Part shown: piece after piece, positions 35,974 to 48,986 of the stretch
How positions within the stretch are numbered: position 1 is the first letter of the stretch
How the letters are laid out: each line of letters opens with the position of its first letter
NCBI GenBank assembly: GCA_004431415.1
Contig: QPMI01000064.1
Coordinates: 344,345-408,344 of the forward strand
Direction of reading: 5' to 3'
From: Cyanophora paradoxa CCMP329
Taxonomy: Eukaryota; Plantae; Glaucophyta
Length of the DNA stretch: 64,000 nucleotides
The notes under the pieces: model-generated
What the model was told of the DNA's origin: nothing
Seen by the model: only the letters and a program-made list of their open reading frames with translations
The model's database searches: none
Position numbers and translations under genes: made by a program

Positions 35974-36453
35974 TTAAGAGTTCCGGAAAGCATTCAGGTC
36001 GGCGGCAAGAGGGAGCTCCTCGGAATCGATTTCGATGTCCTCGCCGCGCGGCTGTGCATCCACGCGCTCGAACCCGGACGTCGCCGCGTCCGCGGATCCC
36101 CGGATCATGAAGGGCTCGCATGCGTATGCGAGCTCGAGCTCGAGCGGCGCAGCGCCAGCCTGATCACAGGGCCCGCCGCAGCCGAATTCGAAGGAGAGCC
36201 CCAACTGCAAGGCCAGGCCCAGGGCCGAGGGATCCGGAAGGGAGCAGCCGGGGCATGCGCAGGTGCTAGCCCCCTCCCCGGCGCCGTACGGGTACGCGGA
36301 GGCGGCGTAGCAGTGGGAGGTGGAGAAGGCGCAGACGTCGCACAGGCGCGGGAGCACCAGCGGGAGGCCGCGCTCCAGCGCGAGCGCGTCGGTCTCCTCG
36401 GGGTCTGCCCGGCTGACGGGCGGGATGGTCCAGAAGAGGCTGGTGCTGTCCAT
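35974..36453 (-). CDS. Hypothetical Cys-containing intronless protein (159 aa)
   Basis: Open ATG-TAA ORF with coding-like composition; no known motif. Confidence 0.4.
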   Translation of the reverse strand: MDSTSLFWTIPPVSRADPEETDALALERGLPLVLPRLCDVCAFSTSHCYAASAYPYGAGEGASTCACPGCSLPDPSALGLALQLGLSFEFGCGGPCDQAGAAPLELELAYACEPFMIRGSADAATSGFERVDAQPRGEDIEIDSEELPLAADLNAFRNS

Positions 36454-36903
36454 GTGAACGTTCGCTCGATCAAAAGTGGCAGCCCTTCCAATTTCGGGAT
36501 TCCGGAATCCGAATTGAAGACTATTTTGCCAAGTTGAAGTTAACGTTCGCCTGGGAGGCTGGGCGGCTTGGCGGATTTCCGGAGAGTACTAGTCCGACGG
36601 TAGGCGGAGACTGGCAGTGGCCGCGTTTGCCACACGACTGTCAGGTGTCGCCGAGTCACCTGACTCGCTAATTTTTTGGATGCCGTACCCACTTGGCAGT
36701 TAATTGAATCGAAATTAAAAAAGTCGCTTGAAAGTTCGGATTTCTGAATCGGGAATCCCGGCCCGGTGCGCCGATTCGCACGAATTTCCGAGTCGGGCGC
36801 CACAAAAACCCAGAACGATCGCGAGGCCGCCGGTTGTCATTCTACAACTTGGCAACCCAGGTGCGCGGGCGCTTCCGAGCCTCAAGCCGATCCTCAAGCC
36901 GAC

Positions 36904-37595
36904 ATGATGCCCTCCTGCGTGAGTTCGACTCCCGCGACCGCCCATTACGACACTGATGAGGTCGCCGAGGATCACAAGGAGCTCGACCAGACGGCGGACA
37001 AGCTCGAACTCGTCGTCAAGCTGCTCAACTCCGCAAAGGTACATTTTGTCGAATTCTCTCTTTTGATTGGCTAATCTTTCCTCAGGACGGTGACGTCACC
37101 ATCACGGCTGGCTGCCAAGTCAGGACGAGCTGCCGGCTCCGCAAGAGCTCCGGCTTCATCAGCTTCGGCAAGCCCTACTTGCCCGAGTTCAAGCTGCCCA
37201 GGGGGGGCTACCACATGCACGCCGAGCTCCTGGTGTCTGACGGCCAGGGCGGCTTCGAGCTCTTCCACCCCACCGTGCTTGACGGCAAGGGCAAGAGGCC
37301 TGAGCCGGCTAGCGCCGGCCAGCCGGCTCACAACCTCAAGCTGAAGAAGGACGACGAGGACTTTCAGGAGTGGCTACGGGTGACAGTGCAGCTCCAAGCC
37401 TGGAACGGCGAGTCGAGCCCGACCGGGCTTGCCCGCTTGCGGCTCCGCCTGGTCCGCTACAGTGGCTTCGACTCTGACCTCGACCTCATCGCTGTCGGCT
37501 TGACCGAGCCCTTCCTCATAGCCGCCGCCGGCCGGAAGCGGGCTCGGTCGAGCTCGGCCGCCGAGCCGCCTGCGAAGAGCTCGCGCGCAATTTAG
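36904..37595 (+). CDS. Hypothetical protein (one intron, ~37039-37085), beta-rich, with C-terminal basic NLS-like RKRAR
   Basis: GT-AG intron joins ...KLLNSAK to DGDVTITAG...; codons are GC3-rich; stop at 37595. Confidence 0.6.
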
Positions 37596-39003
37596 ATTGA
37601 TCTAGCCAGACCTGGCTCGAATTACATATCATAGTATACCGTATACGTATATACAATTATCATAGTTCAAAAACGGTTTATAAAATTATAAAAGCTGCAT
37701 GCTGCATTAATGATTAACGACAAATACATGCGCGCATATGCTAACTGCTTTTGTGATAGTAAAATTGGTTGTCTAACTTGTCTTGCATTTAATTTTATGT
37801 TGATCTTGATCTAGATCTTGGCATCTTCGCCGAGTCGGATCCCAGCGTTCCTTGATTAGCTATAGCCTATAGTACGCGTGTTCGACTCCGGTCCCTAGCC
37901 TTGCAAGGCTGATCCGCCGCGCAGCCCGGCCGGGCGCCGCGGCGCCGGCGAAGACGAAGAGCTCACCGCGCGCTGTGGATGATCATCGGATCTCAACGCC
38001 TTCGCGAGCGTTCGCGGCGCAACTTCGCGCTGCCTGCGATCGATATCCATGGCCAGCTAGCGCTGCAGCTGGCCATGGCGATCGCGATCAAATCGAGCTT
38101 GGATCCGGATGATCATGAGGTCCGGGCCGCGGCCGTCCGATCCGGCGCGGCTTGCAATTGCACGGTTGCGATTGCTAATCATTTTTTGAATTAAGTCGCG
38201 CGCGAGCGCACTGCACGGCAGCTGCCGCAGTGCACTGCGGCAGGCCGCGGGCCTAGGCCTAGGCCGACTCGGCGAGGCGGCGCCGGCCGTGCTGATGTGT
38301 ACGTATATATACATGTCTTCAAATTCCGAAAAAGTTCTCCGCGCGCGGGCGACGCGCGCGCGCGCGTGCTCACGATGCACTTCAAATTCCGGCCCTGATC
38401 ATGAGTTCTCCAAGACGGCGCCGCGCCCGGCGCCCGGCAGCCGCGGCCGGCCTCGAGCTCGCGTGCGCAAGCGCTTCACGTGACGGACTTTGGCGCGGCC
38501 GTAGATTTTCATAATGTAGAGGGGTACCGAGGCGATGAGGTAGGGGTGGGCGATTATATGTAAAATCATGCAATTGCCAAAAATGTTAATTGTTGCAGTT
38601 GTCACACCCTAGCTGTACAGCTGCGATGACACGTTCCTGCCCGGGCGGCCGAATATCTGAAGTAGACTAGTCTAGATCTAATTATGCTACGTCACGGCGT
38701 CGAGGCCTAGGCATCACTGAGTCATCTGCCTGCAGCTGCAGCTGCAGCCCGTCATTCTAAAATTTACGTCTACTATTCAATATCATAAATGTAAGCGTAA
38801 ACGCCACTATGTACACCCCGCGGCGCCTCGCGGCTATTTATGCAAGAGGAAAAATCCGAAGGCGGACAGGCTTAAGCTTTAGGGCAAGATCCGATGATCT
38901 GCACCTACATCTGGAGGCAAGAAAGAGGCTTCAGTTGCCCCTAAAGCTACGACCCGGCCGGGGGACGGGGGCCGGCAGCAGAGGTCCTAGCTTCAGGCTC
39001 GGG

Positions 39004-41236
39004 CTAGGCAGCAGTCGGGCCGCGCGGGCCCGACTCCGACTGCGGCCCAGCGGCCGCCTCCGGATCCGCCGCGGCGCCGTCCGCCCGCCCCTCGCCCTGG
39101 CCCTGGCCCTGGCCGACCGCGCGCCGCTCGCGGATCGTGGACGAGAGGGCGTCCAGCATCTTGTACGCGTTCGCCTCCGCCTGCGGAGACGAGTCAGAAG
39201 CCGGGCGGGAGGTTGGCTGCGGGGTCGCGCCTGGGCTGCCAGGGAGGCGAGGAGGAGGGCGCCCGGCCCCGGCTCGCCCGGCAGGGCGGCGGCGGGGCCC
39301 GGCGGGCGCTCGCCGTCAACTCGGAGGGGGTACCCCTTCCACTCGACCACGCCCGACTGCGGTCGGGGCGCGTGGGCGGGGGACGGCCGCAGAGGGGTAC
39401 GGGGGCGGGCGGACCTCGAGGGCGGCCTTGATGCCGGGGACGTGGGCCGCGCCGACCACCAGCAGCACGCGCTTCCTGTCGTAGCGGCGCCGGGCTCGAG
39501 TCGGGGCAAGCCTGGGCAAGAGGCGGCGGCCTGGATCGGACCGGTCCTTGGGGAGGCGCGGGTGGCGCAGGGCGCTCCACGAGAGGAACGCGTCCCGCGA
39601 ACGAAGCATCTCCCACTCCATGGCGCCAGTCACGCCCCCCTCCAGCTGGGCGGCGTACCCCGGTCGGCCGGGGAGGGAGGGGGGTTTCCTCGGGGGTACA
39701 GGGCGCGCGCACCTCGCCGCGGAGGGCGCGCCGGTGGGACTCCTTGAGGTCCTCCTCAGTCACGAACACGGCCTCGGCCTGCGGCGGCCTTCGTTGAGGG
39801 GAGGGGGGGTACGGAAATTCAAGGGGGGGGGGCGAGGGTTGGAGGGGTACCGAGGCGAAGAGGTAGGGGAGGGCAGGGAGCGCGAGGGCGACGCCGCCGA
39901 ACACTGCGACCGCCGCCTGGCGGGGGGTACGGGCGGTGAGCGGGGGCCGGGGTGCGGGTCCCGGGGCTGCGGGGGTACCGGGTCGAAGTTGGAGAGGTAC
40001 AGGGAGGCGACGCCGGCGGCGGCGGCGGCGATGAGCGGCCCGCCGAGCGCGTCCGATGCCGCGCGGGAGATCATCTGAGGTACGCTCCCGGGTTCGAATC
40101 CGAGCAGCGCCCGTTTCGGCCCGATCAGGCACGTGGGGGGGGTACCTGGTCGGTGACGGACTGGGGCCGGTCGCCGAGGACGAGGGGTACGCCGGCGAGA
40201 GCGGCCTCCTGGGCGGCGGCGATCATGTCGGCGCCGAGCGACGCTCCGAACTTGGCCGCCGCCTTCGCCGACGAGGTCGCGAAGTAGCTCAGCAGCGCCC
40301 CCCGCGCGCCCTGCGCGCCCGCGCCCGCGGACGTCAGCGCGGCGCGGGCGGGGGCCTCGCAGAGCCCGCACACCTGCGTCATCGTCGCGAGGTACGCTGC
40401 GCATGCGCGAGGAACTGTAAGAAGGGGCGCGGGCGGGCGGGCGGGCGGGGCGGGGCGCGGACCCTCGCGGAAGCGCGGCTCCCGGATGGCCGACTTAAGC
40501 TTGGGCGTGGCGGCGGAGGGCGCGGCGCGCGGGTCGGCGGCGAGGGCGCGCTCGAGCGAGGCGAGGCCCTCGAGGACGAGGACGGAGCGCGCGCCGCACA
40601 GCTCCACAACGCACGCGTCCGGCCGCACCGCCGCGAAGGAGCGGCGCACCTCCTCCTCGCTCGCGCCTGCCCGCGCCGCTCGGAAAAGCCGCGCGCCGGG
40701 GCCGGAGGAGAGGGAAAGCTCTAAGGCGGCCGGCGCACCGCTGACGTGGTCGGTGCCGAGGATGTACACTTCGGTCCCGTCGGCCGCGCGCGCCCGCACG
40801 AGCGAGCCGTCGAGCTCGCGCAGGAGCGCGTCCACGGCGGTCTCGTCGATCTCGGCTGCCGGCTTCGGCTCCGCGACGGCCGAGGCGGACGGCCCGCGGG
40901 GCGCCGGCGCCGGCGGCTGCTCGTGTGCATGCCGGAGGACGCGCTCGGGCCGCAAGCCCTCCCCGTGGAAGCTGCTCGGCGAAGACGAAGCGTAGAAGCG
41001 TCTGGAGCGCCGCGTCGTAGGCCCCGCGCGCGCCGCGGGGCTGCACGGACTGCACGTGGGCCATAATGCGTATGAGAAACGTCGCCCGGGACAGCGCCGA
41101 GCCCGCGCGAGGGTTTCACTCGAGATACGCACCGGCTCACAACAGTTGCGCTCGGCGCCGGAACGACCGGCGCGGCGTTGCCGCAGCAGGCCGCCGGGGC
41201 GATGGCTGCGGCAAAGGCTGGATTGGCGCTCTGCAT
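39004..41236 (-). CDS. TraB/PrgY/GumN (TRABD-like) family protein, probably plastid-targeted
   Basis: Motifs VYILGTDHVS, RPDACVVELC, GADMIAAAQEA...VPLVLGDRPQSVT, RDAFLSWS and KRVLLVVGAAHVPGI. N-terminus MQSANPAFAAAIAP is transit-peptide-like. Confidence 0.9.
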
Positions 41237-41876
41237 CGATCTGGAGTGGAAAGTGCCGCTGCTCGATGGCCCTCTCCGATTTATAGCCAGGACGGGCGTG
41301 GCCGGCACGCGGCACGGGACGCACGAGCTCGAAGTGGGGGGAGCGAATAGGCGGGGGGTACTAGCGCACGGACTTGCACTCTCCGGCCGCTTCAGGGCCG
41401 CGTCTCAGCCTTTCAGGGCGCGCAGCGCATGATCATCCACGGCGGTTCAGGCTGAGCTTGACCCAGCTCTCAAGACGAGCTAAATGGCGCGTGACCAGCC
41501 TCGCTAAAGCGGTCCAGCGCCTCGAGCTCGGGGCCCGGACCCGCGCGCCCTGGGCATCGCGCCGCGCTATTTCGCCCTTATGGCTTCACCGGTACCGCCG
41601 CGCCTTTCGCTGGTGCATGTAAAGCGCCCGCATGCGCGCGAGTGCGCAGTTCATCGCATCGATCTCAGACTCGCGGAAGGAGACACGGGGCGTTCGCGAG
41701 GGGATCCTCTAGTTCTTCGCTGGTGCAGTCGGATCCCGCACCTGGCCCCATTGTCCAACATCTAGATCTAGATCTAGATCTGCATGCGCAGCTGCGCCCC
41801 GCGCGGCGCGCCGCACGGCTCACAGGGGCGCAGGAGGGGCGCCCGGCTGGCGCCGGCTCCGGAATCTCAAGCGCCC

Positions 41877-43220
41877 ATGGCCAGCCAGCGGCCGCCTCGC
41901 GCACCCCGCCTCGCCTCCGCGTGCGGTGACGCCTCCGCCTCCGCCTCGCCTCGTCGCCCTACGGCGACGTCTGCGGAGCTGCACAAGCGTACGTGCGGTC
42001 TATGTCAGCGCGCCTCGCGCTCAGGCCTAGGGGCCGCTAGCTTCTTCGGGCTTGCCTCGTCCTGCGCCCTCCGCCGCCTACCCCACCGTGTACCTTCCTC
42101 CGCCCGCCTTGAAGCCTCCGCTCGCCCATTCCCGTATGCGTGCTCTCCGCCGCCTATAGCTACCCCGCCTTCGAACCTCGTTCGGCGGCGCGGCCGCCCT
42201 GCCGGACCCGGGAGCTGCGGCGGCGGCGCCGGCGGGGCGGCGGAGCAGGGGTCGCGACCCTCGAGCCCTTCTAGATCCCCCCCCCCCCCCCCGTCCCCTG
42301 CCGACGCCGAGCCCACTGGGCCATGTCCGCCGCTGCAATCTAGATCTAGATCTCCACCGGTTCGTGTACCCCGGCCGCTTGCCCCCATCCTTCCCGCCCC
42401 ATCCTTGCCCGGATCCGAACCCGAGCCGCAGGGCATCGACGTCGCCGTGTTCAACCGTGGGGGTACGACGCGGCGACACTGGAATTCGAAGGTTCCCGGC
42501 CGTCTCTTTGGCACCCCCTCCCAACCCCGGCCCTCCGCGTCGTACCCCTGTACCCAACGCGGGGTACAGGGCCCTATAGCTAGGGACATGGAGGAGGCGT
42601 GGCTGCTGGCGGCGACGCCCGAGCGGGCGGCCGCCGCGGGCGACACCTTCCGGTTCGAAAAATTCGCCTCTACCCCCTGCCCTCCGCCCTCGAGCTCGTC
42701 GTTTTCCCCCCCTCTCTCTCCGCCTTGCAGCTGGGTGATCATAAACGTACGTACCCTCGCAGTGCCCCGGAGTGGCGGATAGGTCAAGCGGCCTGCAGCT
42801 GGCGCCTGCTCGTCAACCCCGACCGGTGCCTTGCACCCCCCTTAAGCTTCCTTCAGTTTTTAATTGCGCGGTCGGACCCCTCCTCGCCTTCTAGGGGTAC
42901 ACCATATCCCGCCGCTCGCTCGAAGTTCCTGTCATGATCATGATCAAATATTGATTCATCTTTCGAATTCTCGGCGTGGCCGCGCGCGCCCCCCGGGGCC
43001 CCCATGGCCAGCCGATATCGATGGCTCTGCACCCTGTACGTACTCGGCGTTTACTCCGGATCCTGTACGTACGCTCAATTTTGATTACGCACGTGCACTC
43101 CCTGCAGCTGTCTGCGCCAATTTGCGCCTAGGCCTGGCCTACGCTTCGTTCGCAGGCTTCTGCGCACGCGACGCCGCGCTCACACGTGCACGCACGGGCC
43201 GCGGCCGCGCAATATATTAA
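41877..43220 (+). CDS. Hypothetical multi-exon protein
   Basis: Short coding-like exons (GIDVAVFNR; GPIARDMEEAWLLAA; PEWRIGQAACSWRLLVNPD) between C-rich introns. Confidence 0.4.
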
Positions 43221-43591
43221 TATAGCTCTTCAAGGCTTTCAAGCCTCTTTGTAATTTTTCGTGTCACTGACCATGAGTACTAGTCAGCTTCTGACTCTGA
43301 GATCCGATGATCATGAGATCTCCGAGTCTCGTTCTGTCCGAGACTCTAAGATCTCTAGCCTAGTAGATATTCTAGAGACAGTGTGACAGTCACTGAGTGT
43401 CTCGAGCTCTCTCTTCGTTTTTGAATTTCAAGTTTGTCGTTTTGGAATTGGTTCGTCGACGTCGCCGAGTCTTGTTGACCTTCCGAGAAGTTCGTACGAT
43501 CGTGTTAACGTTAGCGTTCACGGTTAAATTCTTGTCCTTAGGCTACTAGGGCCGGCGGCCAGTGCCGGCCACTAGCTATAGCCTATAGCTA

Positions 43592-43868
43592 CTGTAGAAC
43601 TAGAAATATTTAGTGGGCTGCATATTTATAGTACTAAATTAAAGGTTTTTGGGCGATCTACTAAATATTTCTCGCCTAGCCTGCTAAAGCCGAGAATTTG
43701 TAGGGGTAGCTATATACCAGTATATAGCCCCGTCTCCGCCATTATGGCGCCATACAAAAGCCCTGCGAACTTCGGAAGACTGACCTACTAAACTTTTACC
43801 AGCTGCTAAAGTGGCAGTTTTGGCCAAGTACTAATTATTTTCCTGTACTAAATTAGCTAGTTCTACCT
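43592..43868. mobile_element. Degenerate MITE (CTGTA-type TIR)
   Basis: Imperfect TIRs ta|ctgtagaactag...ctagttctac around an AT-rich interior. Confidence 0.55.
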
Positions 43869-43869
43869 G

Positions 43870-44045
43870 ATACTGGATGATGGCGAAATTCCAGGCGAAT
43901 TGAGCCCCTTCGTATGGTTAAAGGGGTACAGGCGGCTGACCCGTCTGTGGCGAGGGTCCCGGGCCCGGGGTGGCGGACTAATTTTCGACAGGATTTTCGG
44001 GTTTGGGCGAAATAAAGTGCTGGCGGATATTCGTACGTTTACAAT
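43870..44045 (-). mobile_element. Partial relative of the 2504-2732 MITE
   Basis: ttttcgggtttgggcgaaataaagtgctggcggatattcgtacgtttaca matches the reverse complement of 2504-2560. Confidence 0.55.
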
Positions 44046-44334
44046 ATAAATGAATGAAATGCTTTACGGTATAGCCGGGAATCCGGGATAGGCTGAGTAT
44101 TAGCCTACTATTAGGCTCCCGGATATACCGGTAGCCCAGGTACTAGCCCTTGCCAAGTTGTAATTAATTAATATAAGTTGTAAGAACTTGTAACTAACGA
44201 CCATGCATATGGCTGGCATGGCCAGTAACTAATTAAGGCTTACGAAGCTACATTATGCCGCTACATAGCTATAGGCTATAGCCTACTACCGGTAGACTGG
44301 CGGTAGTATAGGCAAGTTCCACTATCGTGTAAGA

Positions 44335-44575
44335 CGGTGTAACACTTCATAAATGCGCCAGAAATGAATGCGGTTTTGGACCCGGACCCCGATTATCATA
44401 GTATGTATATTAATGCATCACCAAATTAAATATTATAATGCGTTGAAGCGTTCAACGGTTTTGCCTGCTGTACGTGTAGGGGGGGTATACGTACATATAG
44501 TAGTTTCTTGCCGTATGGGACGGTATGGCCCGTATCGATATTAATGCGGTACCAAATTAATGCGTTTTGCCCCCG
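44335..44575 (-). mobile_element. Degenerate CCGTA-family MITE
   Basis: Shares ttttggacccggacccc and attaatgcggtaccaaattaatgcgttttgc with the reverse complement of the 45299 and 45951 copies. Confidence 0.65.
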
Positions 44576-45298
44576 CTCATAGCGGTGTGGTTATATAATT
44601 ATCATACACGCTTATCATTTCATGCCTTCCGTGTTCGAATCGCCCTGCGATGAGAATCACGCCTTCGAATCCCGCCCGTTCCACATAATTCCGATCGATC
44701 ATGCCCCACCTTGCCTGTATACGCCGCCACAGTGCTGGAGTAGACTAGAGGCTGTGGCCGGTATTCACCAAAACAAAACAATTTAAAACGCATTTATTTG
44801 GTTCAAGAATTATCATGATCATTGATCGCGATCGAGGTCGATGGCGATTCGTCGGCGAATTGCAAGCGATGACGGACTCGTCACGGTGGAAGAGGTCCTT
44901 GAAGCTCCGCAATGAGTCCGCAAACACAGACTCCGCGACGCAATGCTCGAATCTCTGCCGTTTTCAATTCTAATATTCTCACTGGAAATTTACGAGTCTC
45001 GAGGCTCGAGCAGGAGACTCGAGCTCAGGAGTCGGGAATCATCATTCAATCATGAGCCTCCGATTCGAGACCTCGGCAAGAAAAAAACTGAAGACGCTTT
45101 GAAATTTCGAGTCGTTCAGCAAACTAGTATTTTGCGACTGGCTCGTCTGTAGTATTTTGCAGTATTTTGCGACTGGCTCGTCTCGGCCAGTGGCATCTCT
45201 CGTCCTCGAGCTCGGTCTAGAATCTAGATCTGACATCGGATACTACTCGCCGAGTCGATAGTCGTTTTTTTACACTCGCAATCGCGTCGTTATAGATA

Positions 45299-45563
45299 CC
45301 GTAATGCATTTTATTAATGCGCGCACTTAATTAATGCGGCACCAAATTAATGCGCGCATGCGTTTTCCGCTGGCAAAACGCATTAATTTGGTACCGCATT
45401 ATTATCGAAACGCTAAGAAACTGCTGTATATGTACCCCCAACCGCAGCCAAAAGGCTTCAAAACGCATTATATATATTAATTTGGTGCCGCATTAATAGA
45501 CATTATAGGGGTCCGGGTCCAAAAACGCATTAATATCTGGCGCATTAATTAAGTGCATTACGG
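45299..45563 (+). mobile_element. CCGTA-family MITE (TA TSD)
   Basis: ta|ccgtaatgca...tgcattacgg|ta, with internal attaatgcg repeats. Confidence 0.85.
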
Positions 45564-45950
45564 TATATCGCGTGCTCGATCGAGCTCGACCGAGCCTCGA
45601 CGTCGACAGCGCATCATGGGCATGCGCGCGCATGCGCAGTGCGCACAGCCTGGGCGGCACATGTACTAATGATGTACAGCGGCTACAGCCTCGCGATCGA
45701 CTCCGGCGACTCGGCCGCCGGGCCAGCTGCGCATGCAGCCTGGCAGGCTGCAGCCTGCAGTTGGCGAGTCAATGGCGACGTTGGCCGCGGTTGGCCGGGC
45801 GTCGTCAACTTGGCGAGTCGCGAGTCGCGACTCGCGAGTCGCGATCTACCGGCGGGTACAGTAGCCGCTGACAGGCTAGCGCTGGTACCGTAGTACTACG
45901 GAGTCTACGGTACCGCCGGGCCGGTAGGGCTGTCGACGCCTGTCGTACTA

Positions 45951-46197
45951 CCGTAGAACACTTAAGTAATGCGCGCACTTAATTAATGCGCCCCCGAATT
46001 AATGCGTTTTCCAGCAGCAAAACGCATTAATTCGGGGGCGCATTAATATCGAAACGCTAAGAAACTGCATTATGTACCCCCCAACCGCGGCCAAAAAGCT
46101 TCAAAACGCATTAATTCGGGGGCGCATTATTAGCCATACTAGGGGTCCGGGTCCAAAAACGCACTAATATCGGGCGCATTAATTAAGTGTTCTACGG
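45951..46197 (+). mobile_element. CCGTA-family MITE (TA TSD), best-preserved copy
   Basis: Perfect 15-bp TIR ta|ccgtagaacacttaa...ttaagtgttctacgg|ta. Internal hairpin gcgcccccgaattaatgcgtttt...aaaacgcattaattcgggggcgc. Confidence 0.9.
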
Positions 46198-46444
46198 TAG
46201 TACTACGGTACGCGTAGGACGGATACATCATGGCATCATGGCATATACGGCGTTCGCGTTCATTGCAAAAAGCAGCACTCGAGCCGGCGTCGGCCCGGCG
46301 AGCTCGTACTGCTCAGTGCTGCAGCAGCAACCGTGAAACAGCACTGACTTTGAGCACTGCGGTGGCAGCATGCGTAGTCGTGTGCATCAGCGCGGAGACG
46401 ACGCGAACGCCTGTGAGCTCCCGCGCACGATCGCAAATCCCGCC

Positions 46445-48559
46445 ATGCCGAATGCCAACGCAACTCCAGCACGTAATAACACCCGGATATCGACGCGGAC
46501 GCTCAACGTTGACAAGTACATGCACAAGCTCCGGCAAATCTGCACAGGCGCGCATGCGCAGACGAGGGCAGCACTGCAAACTACGTCGAACCACTCTGCA
46601 GCTGCGTGCGAGCGCGATCCACGCGTACGCCGCATTTGTTCTCGGTCTGATTGCGCCGCTTGAATCTCCATCTGACGTTGTGTTGGCCATGGGCAGGACT
46701 GCGCATTCCGGCCGCCCTCGCCCTCGCCCTCGACCGGCGACGACTCCGACGTCGATCGCGATGTCATCTGCTTGGAGAGCAGCAGCAGCAGCGCTGGCAG
46801 CAGCCGTCGGACCAGCGTCGCGTCGGGTTCCGCCTGCACGGACAATGACAGCGATCGCGAGGGTCTGAGTCCCCTCCGGAGTGCCCGGAGCGATCCGAGC
46901 AGCAGCCTCCCGCGGCTCCCGACGGCGCCGGCTTCCGGATCCGCAGCAGCGCACGTGTCGAGGCTCAGCATTCCGAGGCCGAACTCGTGCCCAGAGATCG
47001 CTGTGGTGGATTCCTCGGGCTCGAAGCTCAAGTCCCCCAGATCCAGCGGGGCGGTGATGCCCCCCAAGTCCTTCGGGGAAGGCTTTTTGAAGCCTGCGTC
47101 AAGATCACTGTCAGCGGAGGGCACGCAGCCTGCACAGTCGCCTTCGGAGTGTGCCTGCCCAGATTCCAAGCAAGGGTCGATTGCCGCCACTTACTACAAC
47201 GAAAAGCACGACCAGCTGGAGAGTCTACTCTCGTGCGTCTCGAAGTCCCAAATAGTCGACCAGGTTCGAATATACTTAATTTCGAATTCGCTTCGAAGGA
47301 TTTTTTTTGACCGCGACGTCAGCTGTGGGACGCTGTGGTCGCTGTGGACACGACAATGGCCGCCAAACGGAAGGCGGCGCCATCCACGTTCTCCCTCCTG
47401 CGATCTCTGCCAAAGCCGTCCGCGTTGGAAGCTCCCGCGATCGAAGGCGCCCCCGGCCCGTCGCGGACCACCTCGGTCACGTACACGGCATACGAGGCGT
47501 TCCACATGGTTCGTGCTTTACATTTTTGATTTGCACACCCGCGGCCGCGCACACTCCGGAACTCCGTCTGATTTCAACTGAAATCCAACAGGCTCTGCAT
47601 CGCGCGATTTTCTCGCCAAGGGCGACATGGGATCTCGATGACGGCAAGAAACTGGCACAGGTGCGAATTTATTCTGATGAACTGAATGCTGATGATCACG
47701 AGCGGCAGTAATATTAATAAAGGGGCACACGTGCGCAGGCGAACTGGACCATCGACACGGACGCGTGCGGGGGCACGCAAATGTCGCGGGAAGCGTTCGA
47801 CAGGGCGGTGCTCAACGTGTCCAAGTTCTGGGCCGCGCAGCTCGAGAGCAGCGGGGTCGTCACCGGCATGCGGCTCCTGGCGGCAGACGCCGGCCTTCCG
47901 GCCGCGGCCGCCGCCTCGCGGGGCCTCGAGCTCGTCTTCCTCGCTTGCTTCACCGCGGTGCGAATCCGGATCTACGAGCTCGAGTCTGAAACTCTGCGCG
48001 CGCATCTCAAAACTGATCATGAACCGGTTTCAATTCTCAGGCCGTGACGAAATCGGCGTCGACGTCTCACGCTCGCGAGACCTCGTGCGCGAGCTCGAGC
48101 GCAAGCAACCCGGTGATCCGTTCTTGGTTCGGTGCGCTACAGCTACAGTTCGTTCGAGTGCAGCGGCATGTGCATTTCGCTGACTGCGATAAATTGTTTC
48201 GTGCCTCAGAGGTGAAGCTCGGCGTTTGCCAGCCGAAAGGAGTCATGTCCACGCTCCAGAAGCTGATCGAAGCCCGCCGCGCCCGCTGCGTGCGGTGCCG
48301 CGCCGGGTACCCGAACGTCAACACGCCCGGCCGCGGCCGCTCGAGCTCCAGCCTTGGGACTCCCGTCGCGCCCGTATGCGCCGAGAAAAGCTCGTCGGAA
48401 CCGTGCATGGAGCTCGAGCGGGCTGCATCCGCTCCCGTCTTGGCGTCCGCTGGCGCCGGCCCCTGCTCGCCCTCCGAGGGGCTCCTCCGCTTTGCCCTGC
48501 ACAACCGCATGGAGAAGATCCTTGAGCAGCGCCGCAGAGCTAGTTCTCAATCACTGTAG
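46445..48559 (+). CDS. Hypothetical multi-exon Ser-rich protein; last host gene before the viral insert
   Basis: Exons 46772-47263, ~47323-47508, ~47591-47661, ~47739-47957 and the final exon(s) to the stop at 48559, with GT-AG boundaries; start approximate. Confidence 0.55.
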
Positions 48560-48986
48560 CTGCGCATGCTTATTCGAATTCGCCCTTGTGGATATGCGCA
48601 TGCCTTGGCCAATGTCTCTAGCATGTGCAGTACGTACCTTTTTCCCCTAGCGAAGTATTGATTAAACTTTTGAAATTAATAGAAGTATTCTCCACAGTAT
48701 TTATATATCCGCGCATATATGCATTTCTTCTTCAATCAGCATGGGCAGTTCCTTCGATTCTTCCAGGGCGATCTACTAGCATGATATATATATTAGCCTA
48801 GTAGATTACGTATACGTCGATCGACTTGAGTTTAGTCTCCGTGCCACGGTGACCCGATGATGTTAAACTACTGTAGACTTCCTTTTTCTAGATCTAGCTA
48901 TAGTTGCGTTTTTTCGGAGATTCGCGATCGCAGTTGTGTGTTTAATTCGCAGATGTATACGTCTACGTATACGTATCCGCTATATA

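Noticed and set aside
44575-44690. tRNA gene or tRNA-derived SINE (gttcgaatc and ttcgaatcccgcccgttcca T-loop-like motifs)
   Set aside because: No convincing cloverleaf could be built; at best a decayed remnant.
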